Below are positions 12,802 to 24,490 of a DNA stretch of 64,000 nucleotides, in pieces. The first letter of the stretch is position 1. Each line of letters begins with the position of its first letter. The notes below the pieces were generated by a model. The model worked only from the letters and a program-made list of their open reading frames with translations, had not been told where the DNA came from and did not search any database. Origin of the DNA: Pelomyxa schiedti (taxonomy: Eukaryota; Protista; Evosea); the NCBI GenBank assembly GCA_020536535.1, contig JAHLWZ010000187.1:1-64000 (forward strand), in the 5' to 3' direction. The translations under genes and the position numbers were made by a program.

Positions 12802-12834
<33 letters not shown>

Positions 12835-13034
12835 CGTAAACGAAACGCGGCAAAAAGCAAACGGAACGGAACCACAGAAGAAGGGAGAGAAAAAAGTAAC
12901 CATAAATCGTCGGAACCCCAGCTGTTTGCGATAATGGGAGGTTGCATGGGCATATTTTCCCCAAGTCCGTCGTGCCTCCTACGCTTCTGCGTAGGTTCCG
13001 TGTGTTGTTGTTGTTGTTGTTGCTGGGGGTACAT
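10103..13034 (-). CDS. STAT-family transcription factor, Dictyostelium Dd-STAT type
   Basis: Q/P-rich N-terminus, coiled coil, DNA-binding/linker motifs (LRFPIGTNKKPVTL; SRPFIITTNSIQW), SH2 (GYIYGLISK...GTFVVRLSDR) and C-terminal TPGYEDL candidate phospho-Tyr. Confidence 0.9.
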
Positions 13035-13395
13035 CTTGCGGGGGAATTCGGGGAGGTACCGCGCCCCGCGTTTTGTTGGTTTTTTGTTCTTTTTTTCCTC
13101 TGGTCTCAGAGACCCCTATTGGAAGAAAGGCTTGCGCTTGATAAATGAACACGCTTGATTTTTTCTTTTACCTTTTTAGTGGGCCTGATCAACCCATGAT
13201 CTTTCCCTTGTGCAAATTGCCGTTAAAGTGGCGTAGGGGGGCAAATTCGGTTTTCACGGAAGTCTATCTGCAGATAGTCTATCTTGCCAGGCAAGCGAAA
13301 ACCGCTCACTGAAACCACAGAAGACCAAATAAAAAACAAACCGCTTCAATTTGGATAAAACTGAAATAAATACAAACCCCAGTGTGCAACACAGG

Positions 13396-14519
13396 ATGCC
13401 GGGAAACAACAAGTCAATACTTTGTCCAGTAACTGCCCATGTCACAGCTCGCGAAATGTGGCCGGCATGCAATGCAGAAGTATGCTTTTTTTTGTTTTTG
13501 TTGTTTGATGTTAACACTGTATTTTTTTCTTTTTCCACCATGAACAGATGATTGTGACAGTGGACAAGAGATGGAGGAAAAACCTCGATTTAAATGAGGG
13601 AGATATCGTTGCCATTGGTTTGGCTGCAAAGTGTTGTGACTGTACCACATCTTCTGGTACAAATATTTTCACTTGTTCTTTCTTCTGAGAATTATTCCAG
13701 AGGTGTATTGTAAGCACTGTAAAGGACCCGGTGGGAAAGTACTTCTGTTAGGTGCGAAAGAGAGTTACACACCACGTCAGAACGAGTATCAAGAAGAATA
13801 TTGTTTCGTCATCAAGCAGTTTTGCACTTCTTCCAAGTAATTTTTTCCTTTGCCTTTTGTTGAAACGCTAATTAAGGGCAACAAGGTCACATCTCAAGCA
13901 ACTTGAGGTACAAATTCTACTGGATTTTGGACGTGGGCATGTCATTTCCACCGGCCGATTCCGCCTAGTCACGAGGCAATACAACAAAGCCACACCCAGA
14001 ACATTAATCGAAGCAGCAGTGCTTCCTTGTATCAGACCCCATACATATGATTGCGAGTCCTCCCCTCCCAGCTGTGATTCTAGAACTCCATGTGGAACTC
14101 CAATCAGCCCTCCAACTAGTTTTCTCCCAAGTATTTCCATCCCGCCGTCACTCCCAGAAACACATAAGTGTAAGTCACCCTTAGATACTTAACATATCCC
14201 CTGATATGAACATACAGTCCCACCCCTTGTTGTTAGACTCCTAGCAATGAGCGCCCATTCAAGCCACAGTAACATCCATCTCACTGAAGTTGCCCAATCT
14301 GCAGTGAACCAAGCTGGCGGGACACTGACAGGGCTCTTCCCAGTATCATCATACAACACTCAAAATGGCCACGGACCGAAATGCTGTGTCACTCTGGTCA
14401 AATACAAATCACTCCAGGATGGAATCACTGGAATGAGGATGTTTGATAGTCTGATTCCAGCCTTGTGCGAGTCCTTATCATCACTCGTTATATGCCTCGG
14501 AGTATTCACAAGCTGGTGA
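13396..14519 (+). CDS. CudA-like (amoebozoan transcription factor family) protein, multi-exon
   Basis: Spliced core YCKHCKGPGGKVLLLG...EEYCFVIKQFCTSSK...SHLK...ILLDF...STGRFRL resembles the CxxC...CxSSR-H pattern I recall for CudA-family cores. GT-AG introns keep the frame open. Confidence 0.5.
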
Positions 14520-14659
14520 GCTTTATGTTGGTGTTTGGCTCATCGGACGAGTCTGAGGCTTGTATTTTTTTTTTATGATGAGTTGTTTCACAATACCGAA
14601 ACAACGATACAAATAGAAATTTAGGAATTTTTACAAATTGTTGCTCTTTTTTGTTTTTT

Positions 14660-17600
14660 TTAGAGACTATCTGTGAGTGGGGGTTCATCCGCTTGGAGTG
14701 TTAGTGCGAATATATTTCCAGAGAGAGTTCCGCAGAAGAAATGCAACTGCCGTTTGTGTGACTTGTTTGGAACAATGACTATGCTGGATATAGAAGCACA
14801 TTCTTCCACACACTGCTCAGCTACACACGTCGGGGTTTGTGTTGTCCCACCGGTGGCCCAAGCCATCACAGTGCCATCGGATCCACCGCTGAGTGAATGA
14901 ATGAGGAGTTTCTCCTCTCCATTGTTTGTGCTGTTGCTTTTGTGGAATTCAAATCCGCGGGTGCTGCTGCCTCCCATTGTTACAGTTCCTCCTCCGCCGA
15001 TAGAGCATATACAGTCCGCGGATTTGCTGTGCCCTCTGAGTAGTGCATATGGGGTTCCTTCGGGATTGCAGAGGTGTATCACGGGCGATCCGGTCACACA
15101 AAGCCACAGGAGGTGGTTTGTGAAGCATAGTGCATTCACGGAGGAAGGTATTTCTCCCAGTTCTATTACTGCCATGGTGCTGTAAGTGGCCGCGTCTACT
15201 ATTAATATCTTACTCAGTGCTCCGATGTATACAAGAACCCCACATTGGGTCAGAGAAGAAGCTTGAGGAACTTCTCGGATACACTTGAGAGGCTCCATTT
15301 CTGTGGTTGCTTTCCACACACGCACTTCTCCTCCAGTCGGATTTGTTGCCCATATTGTTTCTGTAGATTCTCCTTCTCCAGGGCAAATACATAGGAGCGA
15401 TTTGAAGGAGCACGACTCAAATCTCCAAAGTCCAAGTGATTTTGGGGGGTTTGACTGAAGTACAGATAGGGCTCCAGTGTCACTAATGATGTAAACAAGC
15501 GAATTACGATGAGACGTCGCTATTCCAGTGATGTTCTCGTCTACATTGGTTCTGGGAGGAGTGAGTTGATGAGACCATGTCAATTTGAAGTTTGACAGTG
15601 AGAAAGTATCTATTTTGCCTTGTGCGCCCCCCACCCAGAGCCAGTCTTCCACGATGCACAATGAAAATACTTGGCCAGGTGTGAAAATAGTACCCATTGG
15701 TTTCATAGTCACCTCGCAAGGTGATAACTTCATTTGAACCTGATGATGATGAACAATGTTCCTTGCAGCAAATACAAAGCCGGCTTCTTCAACTCGGGTT
15801 GAAAGTAGACCAGTAAATCTGGATATCAAGGAACTGCTCTCTTTGACAAGAACATTACTTAATACAGATACCACGCTGCGCATCTCCGGCCGATTTGTTG
15901 GTGTGTGCTGCCAGCAATTGGTAATTAGTTTGCGGAGTTGAGGGGGCACTGCACAGTTTGGTGGGAAATTTGGTCGTAGTCCCTTCATAATGGCAGAAAT
16001 AACTTGGAACTTCTTTATTTCTCGCACAGGACGGCCACGGGCATCTGCACCCACAACTTTGCAAAGTTGTGGATTCTGAAAAACCTCATCGAAAGGGTAT
16101 TGTAGAGTAAAAATCTCATAAAGAATGATCCCTGTTTTGTGGTGGAGGAAAGGAAAAAAAAGGTGCACATCAACCATAGCTATAGACATCGCTTTGCACT
16201 GTGTATTGAATGTCTTCTGTTGAAAGTACTTCTGGGGCAAGCCACTACAATCAGCGATGAGGATAAGAAACCCAAAGGAAACCTTTGATTACCTGCCATG
16301 TGGGTAGAGTTCCTTTCATGCTGACGGCCCTCTCAGAAAGGCCAAAATCAGCAACTTTGGCGTGTGGTATTGATGGTTCAAGGGAAGTACTAACAATAAA
16401 GATATTTGGGGATCTACAGCCAGTAAATTTCCCTTATTAGAAATCGACTGCCAGATACCTCAAGTCGCGATGTATTATAGGTGGTTGCATTGAATGCAGA
16501 TAGGATATTCCTTGTGCAATATCTAAAGAGATCAACACCCGCAAAGCTTGTGGAAATTCTGTTCTCTTGGAATGAATAAAATGATAAAGGTCACCAAGCG
16601 GTGCATATTCCATAACAAGTGCCAGGGGAGAATGTGAAACCCCAAAAAGTTGAACAATATTTGGGTGAGTAAGTGCACTCATCATCTTCACCTCATGGTG
16701 AAACTCAGAAAAGGCTTCTTTTCCAATGGAAATGAGCTCTTTTACAGCAACTGTGACCCCACGATACAAGCCTTTCCATACCTAGTGCACAAGTTGAATC
16801 CTGTGATTAAGCGTTTTAAAACTTACTACTCCAAAGCCACCTTTCCCAAGTTCTTTCAGCTTAGTGATAGTTGATATGTCAATGGTTTCCAAATTGGTAA
16901 GAAAGAAATCGGGTAGTAGGTCGTGAAGAGAGACTGGTCTTGTTGGAAGTTCATTGCAGAAAAGTATGTCACTCCCAGACAGTAAGACTGAAATGCAGTC
17001 CTCTTGTGAGAAGTAGAAAATGTCACAATCTCTTGCCTGTGTTCGCTTCAGACAATGAGTGCATGGCACCAACCAGTTTGAGAGGGCAAACAGTTTTGGG
17101 TAAAAGAATTTGATGAGGTTTTCAACTGAATCAGTAATTCCAACAAGAATGCTTGTGCTTTGTTCTGTCCAGGTAGGTGTACTGGCAAGTGTTCTTAGTT
17201 TAATGTGCAGAGATGTTATATTTCTGTCAGTGCTTGTTGCTGTTGTTATGCTGTCCATGTCTCTTAGCTCGATTAGCACCTTATCATCTCCCGTTGTTGA
17301 CTTCAGTAGCACACCTCCATCCCACCAAACAATCTTTTCTAATGCTGGGAGGTGCAATACTCTTGTTAGCAATCGCCCAAAGAAGCCAATAGGATAAAAT
17401 GGAAGAACTATAACTCGTCCACATTCCCTATAGGCATTTGCTACAGTTTGTGTTGGCCATATGCAAATACTTGGTGGGCGACCAATAGGAAGTAGGGATG
17501 GAACAAGAAGGCCTTGTTGTGGAGGGGCCAGCTTATAGGCAAACTCCAATGAAGTGAGCAAGTCTACAAGTAAATCAAATAAGCCTTTCTTGACTTTGTG

Positions 17601-20600
17601 CCTTGTGAAAGCGGAAATTGCATTTTCTTGTGCTGTTACAGACTTCCAGATATGTATCAGTTCATCAACACTCAGAATACCGGTACTCTTCCCAAAACTG
17701 TGAGAAAAGGAAACAATAGCCGATACAACATCTGAAATCCACTATGGACGTGAGTATGGAGGATTTATTGTAAACCATACCTGAGGGTCTGTTATGATCA
17801 AGAAGGGATTTGCCCTTACCATACTATAATCTGGAATCAGTACTATCAATCCCATGTGATGAAGTAGGTCCAGGGCATTGTGCAGAACATCTGGGTTTTC
17901 TATTTTACAGTGTGCGGCCCAATGCTCTACTTCGTCATACATCATTACCTTACTTCCATTTTCCGCTCTTTGTCGCAGTACTTGTGACAAGACTTCATAA
18001 GAACTTGGTACAAGAAGCTGAGGATTGATGATGAGTAAAAGGTTCACAAACTTCTTTGCATACCTTGGCCAGGTGCTCTTGTGCGTAAGTTGTTAAAGCA
18101 CTCATAAGTGCTCCAATATTGGAGTGATTTGAATTGCTTACAGAAAATATCCCGCGGATAAAAGGCTTAAATGTCACAAAGTGTTTCATGGTAGAAGTGA
18201 GAGCCTGCTCTGCAACTGGAAATTGTTTTTTGTGAGCCAAGATTTTAATTTATCGGCATGATACGTTCTGGTGATGCAAATTGGTCAGCATGCGTGCCTA
18301 CAATAAAAATTGAGGGATCTTTCTTGCTGCAAAACATGGAGACATGCTGTAACCAAGTATGGATACATGAAATTTGGGCTGCTCTCAAGTCAAAGACTAT
18401 CAATATGATCTGGAACCATAAGTCAGAGGACTTAAAAAGCAAAGTGCCATGACCGAATCTTTGCTCACAAATAATTGATTTGAAGGTAGAAAGTTGACTT
18501 GTCCACCACAATCGAAAGTTCGAAAAGTCAGAGTGGAGGTGTTGATATCAACAATATTTATTCCATCAGTTGACAACGGTTTGGTGAAATCTTTTCCTTG
18601 GATAGCTCGAACAAGAGAAGTTTTACCCACTCCTTCAGTTCCAAGCTTGAAAAATAAGAAAGAAATAAAATCAATATTGACATGTACCACTAGGAGCTTT
18701 AGTGTCTTCATTTGAACTTGTGAACTCATTTGCTTGAAAAACTGGAACAACTGTTTCTGGCTTCCACTTGCAACAATATTTGAAGGAAGAGCACTGAGTG
18801 GATTGTCAACAAAATTAAGTGACACAGGCGGCATAGTGCAAAGCCAACTGCAGAAAACGTAAATAAATTTCTCACTGAAGGAAGCAAGAAACTACCTTGG
18901 GAGTGATTCGAAGTTATTATTGGAAAGATCTAGAACCTAAATTAAGTGGGTTAAGGAAGACAGTTCCAGGATACCTGGAGGTGGATCAGAGAAGTCAATG
19001 ACAAAGGCAATACTGAAAGTTTGTTGTGGTGAACTAGAAGTTTGGTTAATGACTTCAGGCATGTCATCTCAGGTAAGAATTTTATCATGTTGTCAGATAA
19101 GTCAAGTTCGAGTAGTGCTGATGACGTAACCCATGGAGGGACAGTGTCCATAAACTGGTGAGCAAGGGATAATTTAGTACACAGATCTGGCAATTGAGGG
19201 AGTGATTCTGACAGAAGTATAGGCAGGGGTTCCAGCCGTTGCGGAAATATTTTCACTGGCGTTGGGGCTTCTATGAAGGTAAAAAAGCTATCTTCATCAC
19301 AAGGATGCTGATTTCGGTTTCTCAGGATTTTCATGACCGAGTCAAGGTCCCTAGAGTTTGCCAGTTGGAGTAGTTCGGCGGATTCAATTGGGTTGGATTG
19401 GAAGCCAAATATTTGCAAAGGAAGGCAAAACAGCCAACTAATGCAATGAATAACACTGAAGTTAGGAAGGTAAATACCTGGGAAGAGAAGAAAAAGAATT
19501 TGACGAAATATCCAGTGCCTCTAGGAAAGTTATTTTTTTTTAAATATTTCAAAGATACATGAATATTCACAAGACGAGACAAATTTCGGGGTAAGGAAGA
19601 GAGGCTATTGTGATGCAAAAGGAGCTTCTCTAGAGACACAACATGTTGAAGTTGGTCTAAACAAGAACTGGAAGACAACGAGTTGAAAGATAAGTCAAGA
19701 TCCTGCAAACAATTACAACGTCATATTTAATGAACTCTAAAACTTGTAGTTGCCTCAAGCAGGAAAATGCTTGAGGGAGATCATGCAACTGATTATGATG
19801 CAACTGAAGTGCTTGAAGTGAAGAAAACACTTTTAAGTCTGATACAGAGGAACTGGTTAGATGGTTGAATGAAAGGTCAAGTTGAAGAATTGCTCCTGCG
19901 CCAGACAGCTGGAAACTTAGAAGCCACTCTGGCATGAAGTTGAGATATTGTTGGGAAAGAATGAAGCTCTTGCATGTGGGGTGAGGTTGAGGAATTCGCC
20001 ATAACTGTGGCGGAGGAGAGGAGCGTGGTGGAAAAGTTTTTTCTGTGCTTGAAGATGGCGGCAACTCAATAAACATGTGATACTGTTGAGTCTCCAAACT
20101 TGATTTATCGTTTGTGGCGGAGTTTAGCATATCAGCTACTACACTTAGAGCTTCCACAACTGTGTGTACAACGCCATTGCCCACATTTATTCTTTGTGTT
20201 GTTTGATACAAGGCAGATGAAAGGTCAATGTAATTACACTTGCAACCCAGGGAGGATCCCAATCTTTTCATACAAATCTGGGTAGAATAAAACAGAGAAC
20301 AAAGAAAAGAAGTGTACTTGAGTGTCTTCTTCAGTCATACAACATTGAGTGGGGGAACTTTGTTGTATGGATTCAAAGCCAAATACCAGCAATAGTAGCA
20401 CTTGAGTTTGCCGTGCTGACTTTTGCGTGCATGTAGAAGGAAGCAGAGTGGAAGAAGGAGGGGGAGATGGAGGCGGCGTTGGAGCAGGGGAGATTGGAGG
20501 TGTAGGTGCTGGGGATGTTGGAGGCGTAGGTGCTGGAGATAAAGGAAGTGAAGAAGCTACAGACTCGGGTGGAGGTAGTGTATCACACATAGGTGGTGGA

Positions 20601-21137
20601 GGGGGAGGAACCAAAAGCTGGGGTAGGGCGAATAGTAACCTTTGAGGGGGTAACTGCAGAGTAGGAATAGGCAACAAGGGAGGCGGAGAAACCACTGCTG
20701 CTGTGGGATGCTTCTCACACTCACATACAGGTTCTAGTGAAGCTTCTGGTGAATACAACAAATCACAGGCATACTCCACTGTTTCAAAAGTCCCTGCCTT
20801 ATCATTGAGCTGGCAAATAGAGGAATGTACGTTAGACTCAAAAGTAATAACAAAACACAAAAAACAACCCCCCAAAAAAGCAACCCCCTCCACTGGCAAC
20901 TGGAAAAACAACTCAACCAACCTCCAGAAAAATTACAGCCATCCTCGGGTCAATTATGGGACCGATTGCAGCGGGGGAAGAGAACCACTTCTTGCACAGC
21001 AGCGTGGCCGCCGCCTTGACGCCGTGCTTCCATGCAGCAGCGCCAATGGAGGAGCCCAACAAAGAGGCCAGCTGCGTGGCTGTGGTTTGGTCTTGGCTGT
21101 GAATGACGGCTACTTGAATGGTGTGGAGTGATGACAT
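14660..21137 (-). CDS. Roco protein (LRR-Roc-COR-kinase-beta-propeller; LRRK/Pats1-like)
   Basis: LRRs (LDLSFNHL, LDLSDNMI); Roc GTEGVGKTS/TDGI/DCGGQ/GTHAD; COR (LLVPSLLP, FFGRLLTR); TKL kinase GKGGFG/VAVK/HRDLR/DFG/WLAPE; C-terminal WD40-like repeats. Confidence 0.92.
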
Positions 21138-21177
21138 GTTGTTGGTTTGGTGGCTTGGCTTTTGGTTTTGTGTGTGT

Positions 21178-21210
21178 CTGTTTGTTTGTTTGTTTGTTTG
21201 TTTGTTTGTT
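21178..21210 (+). repeat. (TTTG)n microsatellite upstream of the Roco start
   Basis: About 8 direct tandem TTTG units. Confidence 0.85.
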
Positions 21211-21299
21211 GGTTTCGGGGCTCCGAAACAACAAAAGTGGGTTTGTGAGTGGTTAGTTCTAGTAATATGAGCTTTTGATATTGCATTTTTTTTTGGTGG

Positions 21300-22196
21300 T
21301 TAGGGGAGAGTTTCGATGCTGACATGGATGAGGGTGGCTGTGGGGCCGGAAATTGACTTGGCAGTGACCAGAATGTCTCCGGACTGTTCGGAGCCTTCCA
21401 GGGTGATCATGCACATGCCCATTTGGCCGAGAATCCCAGTCCAACATGTCTCACCTCTCAATTTCAAGGTGGCTTCTGCAGTGCCCTCTGCACAGACCAC
21501 AAGGATCCATCTACGTGGGGGTGGGTGTGCTACAGCCGAGGATGTAAATGAAGTCGCGCTTGTATCTAGCTTGACAATATTCAGTGTGTGTTTGCAGGCA
21601 GTGCGGTTTGAAATCACGTTAAAATCAGTGCACGAGCCAGTACCGAGAAGAGTGCCTGAGGTAGTCCAGTCTCCACTAAACTATATAGGAAAGAAATGTT
21701 AGAGTGCCGCAGCCGGTTTAACTGGATACTTGCTTTAATTGGGGCGAATTGTTCATTCATGGTTTGTGATCCATTGGTTGAATGATCTATAACCATTCCC
21801 GGTCCCTAACAGTCACAAAAAACAAAAGGTCAGAATGGGAGAGAGAGAAAAAAAATCAAAAGCGTGATCCTTCACCTGCAGGATAAGTAAGGTTCGGTCA
21901 CAATTCGGGAAAAACGAGAATGGACCCGAGCTTCCTACAACAGCGCTGCTCACACGCCAATCAAAATTGGTCGAAACACTAGCTCCTGGTGGGTAAATTG
22001 CCAGCTCAGTAGTCACTCCTCCTCCATTCTAATGGAAGGGGAAAAAAAAAATGAGCGCTCATTTAATACGGAACTCCTTCATTGCATGCACACTTAATGA
22101 GTTATCGGATGGGGTTGTAAAACACACCTTCCACGGTGTCACTTTATAGTCTTGCAAAGACTTCGTTAAAACAACAGGTATGGAACTCCCACTCAT
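21300..22196 (-). CDS. HutD/Ves-family cupin protein with introns
   Basis: VTPWK/NGGGVTTELAIYP...FDWRVSSAVV...GPFSFFPNCDRTLLILQG.GM...FSGDW...G.CTDFNVI is the HutD signature. Confidence 0.88.
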
Positions 22197-22338
22197 CCCT
22201 TGTGGCCACAATTAATTGCCTGACCGAGTGTCAAAACCACACCGTGGACGAACCCCAAGTTGAAGCGAGGAAAGGATTATGAGAAGAACGATCAGATCTG
22301 ATACGGATTGCCAAAAACGCCAAAATTTATTCCAAAGT

Positions 22339-24097
22339 TTACAGAATAAGTGGAGTTGGTAAGGAGCATGACCACGCAAGTTCAATAATCAGCCTTAGAA
22401 TGTGGAGGGGAAGACATCTCAAAATGCAGTTTCCACTGTTGTCTCTCCATCCAACAAACAGAGGTTTTACCTCGCTAAAGGAAGGATACTTCACTTTAAT
22501 GCATGTCAATGTCCTGGAGTTGTCAGTTGCAAGAAATACTTCATTCTTCTTGTTGACATATAGTCCCATTGGGAACTTTTGTGGTAGATCAGATATACAC
22601 TCAGAGACACCAGTCACTGTATGTGTGTAAGATCATTTGTTAGGAAGGTTGTTGTACCAAGGTCATAAAATAAAATTGCTGTATTTCTTGGATCTGTGAC
22701 AATCAGTTGCCTCTCATCGGTACTTAATTTTATCCCTGTGACACACATGCTCTGTCCTTTGAAAGAGCATGTTGTTACAGTGGTAACTAGCCCTTTGGAA
22801 GAGTAAGAAAGATATTCTTCAAACTTCTCTGCCAATGTACCTTGTGAAATTTTTCTTATTTTGGAAGAGTCTGCATCTGTGCAGAAAAGAGTGCCTTGGG
22901 AATCAGAAACAATTCCGCGAGGACAGGCAAACTGAGCCTGGTAACTGGGTCCATCTCTTGTGCCTTTCTCACCAGTTCCGGCAACTGTAGAAACCACTCC
23001 TGCTCCTTGTTAGTGATAGCTTACGAGTCGAAGAAAATCCTACCATAAGGAGTTATCTTCCTTATTCTGTGGTTGTCCGTATCGCATACTATAATATCTC
23101 CATGAGGATTCAAAGTAATACCCCAAGGACACTCGAACAGTGCGTCCCTTCCAAGTCCGTCAGCAAAACCTGGCCATCCACTCCCTGCAAGAGTGGATAC
23201 TGCCCCTAAAAAAAACCAAAGTCAACAAGGGTTTTTTGTGGAAAAAAGGAACAAGATAGGAAAACCTGACAGTTCTATTTTTCGGATGCAGTGGTTGTCT
23301 TGCTCAGTAACGTAAATTACGCCATTTGGATCAATTGCCACGGCGATTGGCCAACGAAACGCCGCTGCTTCTGGGTCCCCGTCCCTCAACCCATAATTCC
23401 CCCCAACCATCAACAGAGTCTCACCAGCTTCCACGCGAACTATCGCCCTATTCCCTCGCAAATCCACTGGCGAGGTCGACGACGAAGTGTACGAGGGGAG
23501 ACCCACAATCCAAACTGCATTTTTTTGCCAGTCGACGACAATCAGCCTCGCTCGGCGTTCGTCGAAAGCAAGGTCATACGGCACGACGAAAGCGTCGGGT
23601 GATCGGATCAGTGTCGGTGTCGGAGAAGGAGATGATGACAAAGTAGGGGATTTCGTGAGTGGTGGGGATGAGGAAGAAGATGCCTTTGGGTGTGAGCAGA
23701 GGGGACCACAGGAAATGGGGTGTAGTGTTGGTGAGGCAATGGGCTTGGTCCGAGGGGAACCCCGCTTGGGGTGTGGTAAGGAAGACCCACTCCCAATTTT
23801 CGGTTTGCTGTGTGGGGTGCTTGTTGTTGGCTCTGTGTTTTCGAAAATGAATAAGTCTTTGCAAAATGCAGAGCGCGAAAGAACAAGCTTGTTCTTTGGA
23901 GTCTGCTCAAAGGAAAGTGCAGAACCTTCAAGTGTTTCCTAAGAATTTTTACGGAAGTCACAAGCGTAGGAAGAACATGGCGATCTAGAAAAGGCAGTTG
24001 CACGAAATCCCTTTCTGTGATGCATTTCTTGAAAGTACCCCGGTGCCGTGAATTTCCCGATCTCGGATCCCCGTTGACTCTTACTGATGTTTCCCAT
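22339..24097 (-). CDS. NHL-repeat beta-propeller protein with probable N-myristoylation (MGNISKS)
   Basis: Repeats DG...AAFRWPIAVAIDPNGVIYVTEQDNHCIRKI, FECPWGITLN...DTDNHRIRKI, FACPRGIVSD...DADSSKIRKI. The start exon is inferred. Confidence 0.8.
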
Positions 24098-24490
24098 GCT
24101 AAGCAATGAGAGGGAAAAAAAAAGCGGGTAGTGTGCCAGCCGTTTCCCGTGATTGTTGGCACATTTCGGCCTACAACACATTCTAAGCTAGATTTCTCTT
24201 TTGCCCTCTGAAAGTGGATGTGCCCAGATTTTACCCTGGGCCCGTCTATCGGGAGGGCCGGACCGGTTAGTGTTTCTGGGCTAGGTCGGGGTAGAGAGTT
24301 CTGGAGTTTCTCAATTGTGGGACACCATTAAAGTGTGAGGAAGGCCCAAGCCGAGTCATTCTTTTCATCTACGGGGAGTGCTGCTTACGGAAGGCTTGGA
24401 GGCACTACTCACTCCTCAGTCCCAACATCTCTCAGTTCAATCAATATCTGCTAGATATTTGCTTAACAAACAAAATATTCACCCGACCGG

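Noticed and set aside
14660-22196. HutD-Roco fusion
   Set aside because: HutD ends at a TAA at 21300-21302 and is followed by an A-rich spacer and a separate ATG at 21137.
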